A stretch of 64,000 bases of DNA from Felis catus (Eukaryota): contig NC_058368.1 in NCBI RefSeq assembly GCF_018350175.1, positions 222,520,001-222,584,000 of the forward strand, given 5' to 3'. The notes under the pieces are model-generated. The model saw only the letters and a program-made list of their open reading frames with translations, was not told the origin of the DNA and did no database searches. Every line of letters starts with the position of its first letter. Position 1 is the stretch's first letter. Of this stretch, positions 49,546 to 61,500 are shown one piece after another. Made by a program: the position numbers and the translations under genes.

Positions 49546-50316
49546 AAGATTGCCCAGGTGCCACCCGCAGAAGAGATATAAATTGTAACATGAGCAGTGA
49601 GAAAATTACAAAAGGCAAAAAGCTGGCCTGGATAACTGATAAACCTAGCCTGCACAGGTTTTGAATTTAGTAGGAGAAAGACAAGTCTAGGTAATATTTC
49701 AAGAGCAAAATGACTTAGATAAAAATCGATTTTTTCTTTCAAAATTGAAATCTAAATTCCTGTGTTCACCCATGTATTTTTTCATGGTGTGGAAATTTTC
49801 TGGAAATTTGTTTATGGTGGAAAATATATACTTTTATTTAGTTGAATGAAGATGTGAAACTCATCTAAATGTAATGTATATTTTTTGAAGATTTGAAACA
49901 TAATTTCTGAATGCCCACAACTATTTCAGCAAGTGTTACTAAGGCATTTAATGCATTAGTCATTCATAAGCCTAATTTAGATCATACTATGAATGTTTTC
50001 AAGAGAGAAACTCCTGTAATTTCTACTAAAACAGAAAATGTCAAGGAAAACGAATAGGACTTTTTATATAATATTAGATAAATGCTTCAAAAACTTTTGC
50101 TCTCCTGCTGAAACCTATCAACATTTATAACATAGGCAATGATACCCTAAACTTGCAAGCTCAGTCCTATGAGTACCTTGTAGCCAATGAGGACCTCGAC
50201 CCATGAACCAGCAGGGTCTGACACTGGTGTTATCATGAACATTTTAGAACTTCGCAAGCCTGCTGACTGTTGATTAACCCTAGGTTGCAAAGGAAGCCAC
50301 AGTCTTCCTGTAATAC

Positions 50317-50510
50317 AGTTATCCTCAGTTTAGAGTGCATGGGAAGCATCTGGAAAGACCATTATAAATGCAGGTTTACAGGCCTGGCCTCTCCTCCAGT
50401 TACTATTCTGTAGTGTATAATGGGACCCAGGGATCTGTTTATGTGAAAAAGCACCTCAGGGAATTCTAATGGAATCATTTAGGGGTAATACTCATACTAT
50501 GAAAAACTCT
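50317..50510. mobile_element. MER5B-like DNA transposon relic
   Basis: cagttatcctca..gtgcatggga.catctgga..tgggacccagggatctgtt..aagcacctcagggaattctaatg. Confidence 0.7.
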
Positions 50511-51029
50511 ATTCTTAATTTTTTGTAAGTTTTTAATTGTTATTCTTAATATTCACACTGATTTTGAAACGTGTCATTTCTATAAATATGTCTTCTAGGC
50601 AGAGGACTGAGTATGTCATTTTGTACTCACACCTATTCTGAATTGAATAAGCTACCTGGTAATAAGAGACTGCCGTTTGTTTGATTTTAAACAGAGCCAG
50701 TGATTGAGTAATGACAAATGTTTTTGCCTTACAGTTATGTTTCTGATGAAAATTGCCTATGTAGAAATAGCTGTGTAAATCAAACAAAAACTGCCTTAAG
50801 TTATAATGGTTGATGATGGGAATCTAGACTTTTGTTCACATTCCCAAATATCACTATCATTTCATAGTCAACACCCATCATGATAGTCCATGTAATACAC
50901 CAGTGTACCAATAAAATATCAATGTCAATCCTTCACTAGGGGACTAACATTCCCAAAGTTAGTCAGGGTCTCATGGGTGAGATTGTAGATCCAGGGGAGA
51001 CAGTGGAGTAGAAAGAGGATGATCCCTAA

Positions 51030-51067
51030 TGAAAGAGAAGAAAGAAAAAGAAGGAAAGAAGAAAGAA

Positions 51068-51132
<65 letters not shown>

Positions 51133-51146
51133 AAAGAAAGAGGAAA

Positions 51147-51191
<45 letters not shown>

Positions 51192-51236
51192 AAAGAAAGA
51201 AAAGGAAGGAAGGAAGGAAAGAAAGAAGAAAGAAAG

Positions 51237-51311
<75 letters not shown>

Positions 51312-51312
51312 G
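51030..51312. repeat. ~280-bp (GAAA)n polypurine tract
   Basis: Purine-only run. Confidence 0.98.
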
Positions 51313-53294
51313 GAACAGTAATAGAAGAGAGAATGGCAAAAGGGAACGCAAAGTGGTTAAGTTCCATAGAGAGTTAGTATCTGTGCTAGATTATACAGAC
51401 CTGAATCCTATTCAGGTTTTATTTTATTTTGAAATCAAGAGATTATGAACTTTATACTGAGTGTTCTGCCTTGTCCAGTAGATGTACATGTGGCGGGAAT
51501 AGCTCTGGTCTTCTAACAAGGCTACATTCAGTAATGTGTACTCTGTAATTTATGAAATACACAATTAGATGATTCCACATGCTTTTTACATTATGAAAGA
51601 CATTGTCGGGGTATTTCATTGGCTTTGCCTGTCTAGAAGCCTCATCTTTTTCTTCATTTCATTATCTTACACCAATGCATCTCTTTAAGGTACAGGTTCT
51701 ATCAATGTCAAGTGACATATCTGTGAAATAGCACTTTGTCAGTCAATCTGCATGGCCATCCTATGATGTTTCACTATGTTAAATTATGGGATATTTTGCA
51801 AATAATGGCATGACATAAGACCCTTATTTCTTACTAATGAACTTTCCTCTTTCCACCTATCATGCTGACTGCAAATCCAGTTATGAATAACTCATAGATG
51901 TTGTTATATCTCCTTTGTTTATTCATGTAAGTTTATCATATTAGATTTCTTTGCAAGAGTTATTACAGTCCCCTTTTATTTTTTCTTAGTATCAGTTTCT
52001 GAAAGATGAAGAAATTTCCCTATCTCGAAGCAAGGCAATCTTGAAAATTATTTTGACATATTTTGAAGGATGAATAAGTGAATATATGTGAGTCAGTGAG
52101 AAAAAATGAGAAACATTAGGTTAATTCAATAAGATATAAAGTGTGAACTTGAAAATAAAATATTAAAAAAAGAAGATATGAAGTGTGGATAGTAATCATA
52201 CTCTGACAGAGATCATATAGTTTAGACTAAAATGTAGTGCCAGACAGGTTTGGTTTCTGCTGAGATTATGATATAGTTATTCCAAAACAGTGCCATATGT
52301 GTGTATGTGTATGTGTCTGTGTCTGTGCATGTGTGTACGTATCTCCAAACCTTATAAGGGCAGATGTATGTGAAAGGAACATAAAATGAAACTTTCTTGC
52401 ATGAAAACAACAATGACTCAATTAACCACAGCCCTATGGATGGGTAGTTTTCAAAATCCTCATCCCTTATTTTCCCACCTCCATTGCTGACGTAGTTTAT
52501 CTCGTGGTCTAAATAAGAGTTCCTCAAGCCTAATATGCCATTTGTTGCTGGGTTTTGAATATATTTTCACATGTCTGAAGTGAAATAAGAAAAATATAAT
52601 GGGTTTGTCATTCAAATAAATGCATCCAATTTATAAAACAGCTGATCATTTTGACATTATGACCTTCTAATCTTTTTCTTTCAATATTCAGGCTGACTTT
52701 GAGATATAGCCTTTTTGTTTGTTTATGCGTTTCTTTTGTGATTTAGTACGTTCTTTCCAGGTAAAAGTCAAAAGTAGCAATTGCATATTATATTTCGAAA
52801 TTTATTTTTAATTTATGCTGATTCATTAAAGATATCCTAGCAGCCCTAGCCTCCTCCATTCCTATCCTTAAGGAAATAAAGACAGTGACTGACAATCTCT
52901 TATCCACAGTTATTTATTTAGTTTTTTTTTTTTTTTTTTATTAAACCATTTGTTGCAACTGAGGGAAAAAAGTAGATACTTCTTTCCCACTTATCTTTGT
53001 GACATTTTGGGTACTAATTTTAATTAACATAAATTTGATATGATGTCAAAATGCTCTGGTTCCTTGAAAATGTCAAATTTTAAAGTGCTGACATTTTCTT
53101 GGAAAGAGCAAGGACCTGAATGAGTTAATTAGGAAGGGACTGGTCACTCAGAGATTCCAGTGTAAAAGGCAGTTCATTTCTGCAGATAAGAAAGTCGCTC
53201 CTGAAGGTGACAGTCTTTTTTCAACTCAGTGCTAAAATTACCTTCCATATGACACCATATGACACATGATTCCCACTCTGTCCCCACCCAGATG

Positions 53295-53405
53295 TTATGT
53301 TCTCGAGGACAGGGACTTATAATATTCATCTGTTTGTCCAACACTTAATAACTGTGCTTGAAACCCAGTAGGCCCTGAACGGATATGTCTTGAATTAACG
53401 TTGAA
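53295..53405 (+). mobile_element. L2 3' end fragment
   Basis: gaggacagggact..ttcatct..caacacttaataactgtgcttga..cagtaggccc. Confidence 0.6.
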
Positions 53406-54610
53406 GCAGGAAGAGACAAAGAAATATTAACAAGCTAGATTTTGATTCACAGTAAGGGTAAAAAGCAGTTGAGAATTTTACAGAGAATATTTACTCTTAA
53501 AAAGTTAAGACTTGGATTTGACAAAATAGACTAGCTGAAAGTTTGGTAATTTTGCAGAATATTCCACGTAACAATTAAAATTTAAGAGTTTGGAGATTGT
53601 GAAGTGTGAGACAGATACATAAAGACCTGGAAAATAGTCTAAGGCAGCTTGGTGATATGAATGGGCTAAAAACAAATAGATTGTGACCTTTATTATAGTT
53701 AGATAACAGGGGACAGATTTTGCCTTTCTTAAGTAGAAAATTGCTTTCTTCAATTATGTTTGTGTGTAAAATACATTATAAAATGAGTTTCAAATAATTG
53801 GTTTAAAGACAATGCTTGGTTTAGCTCTTTTAATGAATTAGTATAAATTTAGAAAAACAAAGTGAATAAAAATGATAGTCCTAGATTTTCCCACCGCCAT
53901 CTTAATTTTCAATGCTTCTGGGAAATGTAAATCTAGCTAGCAATTATGCCTGTTACAGGATCCATGAAATTAGTATGTTTATCTCTTACTCCCCAAAAGA
54001 GGAAAGGTAGGTCAGATTAAATTAACATCAGTTTGTTTAGTCCTTTAAATACAATGGGGACTTAATAGTGTATAAAAGTGTGTATTAATTGTGGATTTAT
54101 GTTAAATGTGTGTTTAATTTTATCATCGTGATTTTCATATGATTTGGAAAGCAGTAGAGGGAAAAAAGAAGAGGGGGAAGACAAAGATATTTGTTTCAAG
54201 GGCTGTGGCCCTAATCACAAAATTGTAAAACAAGAAAAATAATCAAAATCTCACAGCTATTAACATTTTGTTAAGTTTAGGGTGAAGACATCAGGCCATC
54301 AACATATACTGAGGGAGCATTTGTGAGTGACATAGCCAATAATGGATTGTACTCTCCATATTTTGTGCTCAAGATTTAAGAATATGGACCATGAAAAGCT
54401 ACGCCGCCCCCTAATTCCCAACAGGTAAGGCTGATGGAAAGTAACACTGGCAAACCAGTACTACTAACAATAAGTTTGAGATCATTCCAGAATTACAGTA
54501 TGATCATTAAAATTGAGTACAGCTTGTGACCTTACTGTGAATCCTAATTTAAATATAATCAGAAATGTGTGAAGCTTTGATTTCCAAAGTTGCCCACATG
54601 TTAAACTTAC

Positions 54611-54898
54611 CTGATTTCCAGTCATTGTATTTTTCAAACCAGCTGGGCTACAGTGAAATTATTTTGTGTCCCTGCTGGGCCATAATGAAATGATTTTTTA
54701 CCTGGTTTGAAACTCACGCAGATCCAAACGAAATTGAAACTGAAGTGAAATGTACTAGGTGTGAACCACCGAAACCAGTGCCAATGTCCCCCCGCCCCGC
54801 AAGTGATTGCTAACTGAAACAGCAGGCTTCACATTATATAATCTCAGCAGATTTACAACGGGAGTTAATCTCACAGAGTATTTGAGGACAACTGGACA
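54611..54898 (-). other. Candidate 288-bp non-coding / 5'UTR exon (unverified)
   Basis: Acceptor: long poly-T then aatttacttaacAG; consensus donor CAG|GTAAGT; stops in all three frames; acaATGactggaaatcag at its 3' end. Confidence 0.35.
54730..54842. promoter_or_regulatory. Motif cluster: ISRE, CCAAT, GC box, TATA-like palindrome
   Basis: GAAATTGAAACT (54730), CCAAT (54781), CCCCGCCCC (54790), ATTATATAAT (54833). Confidence 0.3.
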
Positions 54899-55459
54899 CT
54901 GTTAAGTAAATTAAAAAAAAAAAAAAAAGGCTGGTACTAACTGTTGAATTAAGAGGATGTCAATTATAGATTTTTTAGGTTAAAATTAGTGTTGATGGTA
55001 GAGATAGCCAAAATTATCATGAGTCACGGTATCACATTCAGTTTTCTTTTTTTCTTTTCTCTTTTGTAGCTTCTGTTTTATCAATTTATGTGTTAGATGA
55101 TTATTAACTGACAAATTAAGATACTTGAATTAACACATTAAAGTTATCAGAAATTTGGTATTTACTTTAAATCTGAAACAGACATGAACTCAGAGATTAT
55201 TTGTGTACCTTGAAAACGAACAAGCAGCAGAAATTACATTTCTGTATCCATGCTAATCATTGAGAAATTTAATTTGGCTTAGTGTTATAAATATTGTTTA
55301 ATAAAAAAATAAATAACAGTTCTGAGTGAATATCATATGACTTTAACTTATTGCAATATTAACTCTTGTATATAATTTCCTTCCAAATTTTAAACAAAAT
55401 GGTGCAGTTTATTCATCTTAACCTTCCTCTTTCACCGTGGTAGTTAAATAGAAAAGTAC

Positions 55460-56037
55460 AAAATGAATGTTGTTTGATTATTAAAGTGCGGCTGGCTTCT
55501 CCATCTCAGGCTCTATGAACAATATTGCTCTGGAATGTGCTCCTGCTTTTAGTAGTTCAGATCCCCTCAGTTTTACCTTACCAGAAGCATCCACCTTGAT
55601 TTAATATCCACTCAGAATATACCTCCTTTCAGCAATGGTGAAGGTTTTGTTCAAGTATATCAACATTCTTTTCTTGATCCTTTTTGTCTGATGACATTTC
55701 AACACTTCTTTTGCTAAAACACTTGTTTTGAAAACAATTTTTTTTTGCCAATTAATATATCAGGCAATTCGAGCATAATACAGATTTTTGCATGTTTATG
55801 TGTGACTTCATCTGTGAGAAATACTAGGTGAATGAAGTAAACTATATACACCCAGCTGGGCTGAGACATCAAGAAATGCACAAAAAACAAAAATGCACAC
55901 AGAAAGACGTCTTGTAAGGAGGAGCCACACACATCCACATCTGATGTTTTAATTACCTGTCTGCTTTTAGAGAATCTGCCTTCCACCACTTTGCAACAAC
56001 TGGTAAGCTACAATTTTCTGGCAGCCATCTTGGCTCC
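55460..56037 (-). pseudogene. Highly decayed ORF-like relic, possibly an MTRES1 (C6orf203)-like retrocopy
   Basis: GCCAAGATGGCTG start; collinear fragments YFSQMKSH, LELPDILI, LEQN.TIA, IKVDASGKVKLR resemble the recalled MTRES1 sequence; many stops and frameshifts. Confidence 0.25.
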
Positions 56038-56051
56038 AAACCCTTCTCTCT

Positions 56052-56137
56052 CTTTTCCTCTCTGACTCTCGTGTATTGTTTCATTCTGTCAATCCTTTTC
56101 CTCTCTGACTCTTGTGTACTGTTTCACTCTGTCAATC
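56052..56137. repeat. 43-bp tandem duplication
   Basis: Copies at 56052-56094 and 56095-56137 differ at 3 positions. Confidence 0.95.
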
Positions 56138-56639
56138 CCTCTTCACAAGATGTCCAGGAATATAAGACACTTATGGAGAATTTTCTCCCAATAATTTTCC
56201 TCCCAAGGGCACTGATGAGACTGCCTCTTTCACCACACTTTTCCTAGTAACCATGTCTAGTGGGATGTCTGAAAGAGCATGTTTTTCGGCTACTCTAAGA
56301 ACACTCTGCAGAGCAGGAGAGGTGATTAAGTGATTGATTGTCTTGACCACTTCTGCCAAGGGTGCATTTATCTTGGTACATCAACCCTACACTGGGTTAA
56401 GCCCTTAGCTACTGACTCAGAGAATCAATCCAAGTAGTGTCATTGAACTTATTAGACATGGGATTCTAGTGTGCCAAGGAGTCTCGCTAGGATATTCCAC
56501 CTACGGATGTCAATTTAATAATTTGCCAGACCTAGAACTATCGAACATACTTAGACAGTGACACCAGCTCAGCAAGGCATTTGACCCCATGTAGACATTC
56601 TATATGTGTAACCTAATTTGATGCAGATTGCAAATTGAG

Positions 56640-57150
56640 TAGGAATCCAAATTAATAGGACCTGATTTAATCCCTCTTTTATTGGCAATGTTTCTGACAT
56701 TTTCATAACCTGAGATAATAAAAGATGTAAACATATCAGGTATACAGAACATCATTCTCTTCTTAGGAAGATTTGTATTGATACTATCAATATTTGGCTC
56801 TATAAATTTCCTTGTCTTTTCTACAATAGCTAAGTAGCCGCTTTTATAATACACTCTTGTCTTTATGTATGTAAATACATCCAATACAGACCAGGTTCAA
56901 CTGTTTTTGTTTGTTTGTTTCTTTTTGTTTTAAAGCTATCTGTTAGCACTTTAGCTTAATATCCTAAAATTATCTTATTTCTCATATTTTCAGTGTCTTG
57001 AGAGAATTTTACTATCTCTGCCATCATACTGTCTATAATTACTGGTGAATTTTTTATATCTTTTGTATTAATTTGGCTTTTTTTTTTTGCATCTCTGTGT
57101 TCATAAAATTAAGTGATTTTTCTACTGGGGAATATAATGTAATTTTTAAG
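56640..57150 (-). mobile_element. Very old L1M fragment (tentative)
   Basis: T-rich sequence with L1 ORF2 antisense-like composition. Confidence 0.35.
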
Positions 57151-57164
57151 TTTTAAATAAATAC

Positions 57165-57377
57165 AGCGACGCCTGGGTGCCTCAGTCAGTTGAGCATCTG
57201 ACTTCTGCTCAGGTCATGATCTCATGGTCAGTGAGTTCGAGCCCTACATTGGGCTCTGTGCTGACAGTTCAGAGCCTGGAGCCTGCTTCAGTCTCTCTCC
57301 CTCGCTGCCCTTCCCCACCCCTTCACAATCTGACTCTGTCTCTCAAAAATGAATAAACGCTAAAAAAAAGCTAAATA
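57165..57377 (+). mobile_element. Can-SINE
   Basis: TSD tttaaataaatac (57152-57164 / 57378-57390). Confidence 0.95.
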
Positions 57378-58059
57378 TTTAAATAAATACTATATATATT
57401 ATATATATAATATATATGTGTTTATCTATAATATATATTATATATTATTTTCTTTTATGCTGATTATGCAGCATTTGATGTAAAATGCATTTTCAATATT
57501 ATTTATATCTGTAATGTATTTCTTATCTTAATTTAACTGTTATCTTCTGCCTAGCAACCACTTTCTACTCAAGATCATATAACTGTATATATTTGCTTTA
57601 ATATTATTTTTATCATTTAATATCTAGAATGTATTTTGGAATGTGAGTAAAAAATTTCAATTGAGTTTCCACAAGTATTTTAACTGAGGTTCTACAAATA
57701 TTAACTTACTGTTTCTTTCTCTATTACCTTAACACCCTAATCAATCAATCAATCAATCAATCAGACCAACTACATATCACCTGATAAATCACAATAAATA
57801 AAATCATATATGTGAAATAACTTGATCATTTTGAGAAGTGGCTTTAATCTCATATTTTACAATACCATTTAATTACACTTTTCTTGGCCTGCAATATTTT
57901 CTCATACTAGCTTTCAATACACTAATCTGAATAATTAATTCAAGATAATACAGAAATAATGAGAAGGAAACATTATAAAATAGAAATCAAAGTGGACGTG
58001 TAAAAGGAATGAAATGAGTGACTGTGACATTGTGAAAATTGCTTCAAATTGTTCCTTTA

Positions 58060-58208
58060 AAAAAATATATTATTTATTTATTTTTGAGAGAGAGAGAGAG
58101 ACAGAGAGAGAGAGAGCGAGCCTGACGCGGGGCTCAAACCCATGAGCTGTGAGATCATGACCTGAGCCAAGGTTGGATGCTTAATGGACCAAGCCACCCA
58201 GGTGCCCC
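58060..58208 (-). mobile_element. Can-SINE with internal deletion
   Basis: (GA)n joins directly to gagcctgacgcgggg; TSD ~aaattgttccttt/aaattgctctttt. Confidence 0.92.
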
Positions 58209-59413
58209 TTAAATTGCTCTTTTTATATTTCCCTTATCACTTTGAACCCATCAATTCTAAAAAGTACTGAGATTTCAATTTTTTAGGAATAATGGTAATT
58301 TAATTTTTGAAGTAATTTCTAATGCATTTCTTTCTTTTTTTTTTTTTTTTTTTTTTTTTTGCAAAAGTTTTAGTCCTTGGAGGCCTTGGACCATCATTGC
58401 CCAAGGCAAGCATAAGGTAGATATCACTAGGGAAGCAGAAGAGTATGGCATAGAGGTCTTTTCCATGAGAAAGGAAGTGGGGATAAAATGTTTTTCTGGT
58501 GGCCCGGTGGAGGGGAGAAAGTTGGAAGGGGAAAACAAAGGTCCTTTTCCAGAGATTTAACATGTCTACTTTCTGGATGTTCAGTTTGGTTGAGGGGAAA
58601 AACATGGAAAGGTACAAACATACCTGCTGGTTACTGGTGGGGAATTGTGAAAAGTAGAGAAACTTTGGTTCTACTTCCTACTTGGAGCAGAAGTTCTGAT
58701 AGAAAAACTTAATGTCCTTAATTGTTTTCTCATGCCTTGTACAAAGTATAGACATGATCTAGAAGTTCTTATATAATAAACTTGGGGAGAGGGGGCATGA
58801 GGGATAGGGATCTGAAGTCATCTGAGAATGAAGAATCTTGGCGTTGGCCTTGGGATTGCTGCAGTGCATGGTGAGGTGATTCCATAGATAAGAGGCAGAC
58901 GGGTCAAAGATGGTGACCAAAATGGAGGTGGTGCGTAAATCTTAGAGGGTCCTCATTTCCCATAGACAATTCGTAAATTCAGGGAGAAGAACCAACACCC
59001 TGGGGGCTTATGCCAAAGCACCCAGGTATAAATACCAGAGAGGCCTTTAGTAGCTGATACAGTGAAGACATTGGCCAATTCTCAGACCACAGAGATGAAC
59101 CACATATCAGTTGAGTAAATCAGAGCAAGATTATACTATTCAGTATTGTCTATAATATTCTCTGGAAAAAACCTCATAATCTGTAAGATTCTTCATCTAT
59201 TTTTTTAACTTCTTTTTTAAAATTTTTACTTTATCTGATTTTTAAAGAGCTATGCATCTCAACGTAAATAGGGCCTTCAAATGAAATACCATATAGACAC
59301 AGTAACTTAAGTCTGTTGAAAAATTTATTAGAGTTTAGAAAATTTCATTTTATCTTTAGCAATAAAAGCACTCAATGAGGAAAGGCTTTCCTTACAATTA
59401 TCAAAATATATTT

Positions 59414-59639
59414 CTTTTGTTTATTTTTAAATGGTTATTTATTTATTTATGTATTTTTTTAGAGAAAACTTGAATGAGAGTGAGTAGAGGAGGAGCAGAA
59501 ATAGAGGAGAGAGAGAATCCCAAGCAGGTTCCATATCAGCTCAATGCCCAATGTGGGGCTCGATCTCACAACCATGAAGTCATGACCTGAGCCAAAATCC
59601 AGAATTAGAAGCTTAACTGACTGAGGCACCCAGACACCC
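59414..59639 (-). mobile_element. Can-SINE
   Basis: TSD tcaaaatatattt/tcaagatatattt. Confidence 0.94.
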
Positions 59640-60319
59640 TTGTCAAGATATATTTTAAAACATACTAATAAAAATAGCATTAAAGTTCAGACACAAATGT
59701 CTATATTGTTGGGAAATTGGCATAAAATAGATATTATAACTTCATATCAATAATATACTCAATGAATTCTATTGATTTAACTGGCTACATGCTTAAGAAA
59801 ATTAAGTTAACTTTCTGCCCCATCTTATGCACTTAAACAAAACAGCTCAATGTATTATAATGCTAAAAAGAGAACTAAAATATATAGACACTTAGAATAT
59901 AGCATGTATTATAGTGACAACATATCCATTCATGCTTACATTAATGGACAATTTTCAGTTGCATCTGCCGTGTTCTATCGGGCTCATAAAGTGAGACTTT
60001 CCTTTTTTTTTTTTTTTTAATTCAAACTCTCCACATGAATGATAATACCCACCATAAAGGATAAACGAAAATGGAGGATAAAGAATAATGTAAAAAAAAT
60101 AATAAATAATGAATTTTCTATGGGAATTTTATTGATGAGAAATTAAGAGGTTGCCTGTGCAGGGTCACTGGATATGATCCAATCACAGTGACATGATTGG
60201 TCACTGGATATCTCATTGCAATGGGTTGGGTATTGGCCATTGAGGATTCTTATTTAGTGACCTCATAGTGCTAAGTCTACTTTTCATTTGCAATCTGACC
60301 TTGAAATGGAAGACAATCA

Positions 60320-60487
60320 GGGGCACCTGGGTCTGTCAGTCGGTTAAGCAAGCAACTTTAGCTCAGGTCAAGATCTTGCAGTTCCTGAGTTTGAGCCCCA
60401 TATTGGGCTCTGTGCTGACAGTTCAGAACCTGGAGCCTGCTTCAGATTCTGTGTCTCCTTCTCTCTCTGCCCCTCCCCCCGATCAAG

Positions 60488-60534
<47 letters not shown>

Positions 60535-60595
60535 TCAAAAATATATAAACATTAAAAAAATTAAAAACAAAAAAAATTATTAAAAAAAAAAACAA
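60320..60595 (+). mobile_element. Can-SINE with long (CT)n and A tail
   Basis: GGGGCACCTGGGTCTGTCAGTCGGTTAAGC head. Confidence 0.95.
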
Positions 60596-61500
60596 ATACA
60601 ATAAATTTAACAAAATACCTGCAGGACCTCTAAATGGAAGATGACAAAGTTCACTGAAGAAAAATAGAACTACACAGAATAAATACACTATTAATATGCA
60701 TAAGAAATCTCAATATCAGTAAGAATTTTGTTCTTTCCAAATTGATTTATAAATCCAATGCAGGGGCATCTGCGTGGCTCAGTTAGTTAAGCATCCAACA
60801 TCCTCTCAGGTCATGACCTTACGGTTCCTGACTTAGAACCTCCTATCAGGTTCTGTGCTGACAGCTCTGTATCAGATTCTGCTTTAGATTCTGTGTCTCC
60901 CTTTCTCTCTGCCCCTCCCCCACTCACACTCTTGTCTCTATCTCTCAAAAATAAACATTAAAAAAATTTTAATAATAAATCCAATGCAGAATTTACCAAA
61001 CCTAAGCTTACCTATAAACTTATCTATGATTCAGCAATCGTACTCCTGGATATATGCATAAGAGAAACTAATGCAAACTAGTCCGCCAAAATCACAAAAA
61101 AGTCCAGGGCAAAGTGTTTAACAGCCAAATTTGAACCAACCCAAATGTTCATCATATACATTAGAATGGGAAATTTTATTGCCACAGTATAAATTAATCT
61201 CCATCTCCTATACATAACAATAAAAAGAATCAGAGATTGAAGAATCAAAGCAGCATGATTTTATTTATATGCAATTCAAAACAAGCAAACTCAATCTAAG
61301 ATAATAAAAGTCTGAATGATGGCTGACCTTGTGTAAGGGAGGGAGCGATAACACCAACTGATGGAGGACTAGGGAACTTTCTAGAGTTCAGGAAATTCTC
61401 AATAGCTTGGTCCAGTATTGGTTATATAAGGGTATGCATATATAAAAATGCATTAATGTAGAAAGTTAAAATTTTTACAATAAGAAAATTAAAAAAAAAA
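60596..61500 (+). mobile_element. Old L1ME-like ORF2 end and 3'UTR
   Basis: ataaatttaacaaaa..gacctct; caaattgatttataaatccaatgca; ctatgattcagcaatcgtactcctgg; caacccaaatgttcatca. Confidence 0.7.
60763..60974 (+). mobile_element. Can-SINE
   Basis: Perfect 14-bp TSD ataaatccaatgca (60749-60762 / 60975-60988). Confidence 0.97.

Noticed and set aside
50971..51448. 100-139 aa K/E/R-rich and F/L/S-rich ORFs
   Set aside because: Translations of the (GAAA)n microsatellite
55041..55069. Strong plus-strand polypyrimidine tract plus TAG acceptor
   Set aside because: No convincing downstream donor or reading frame
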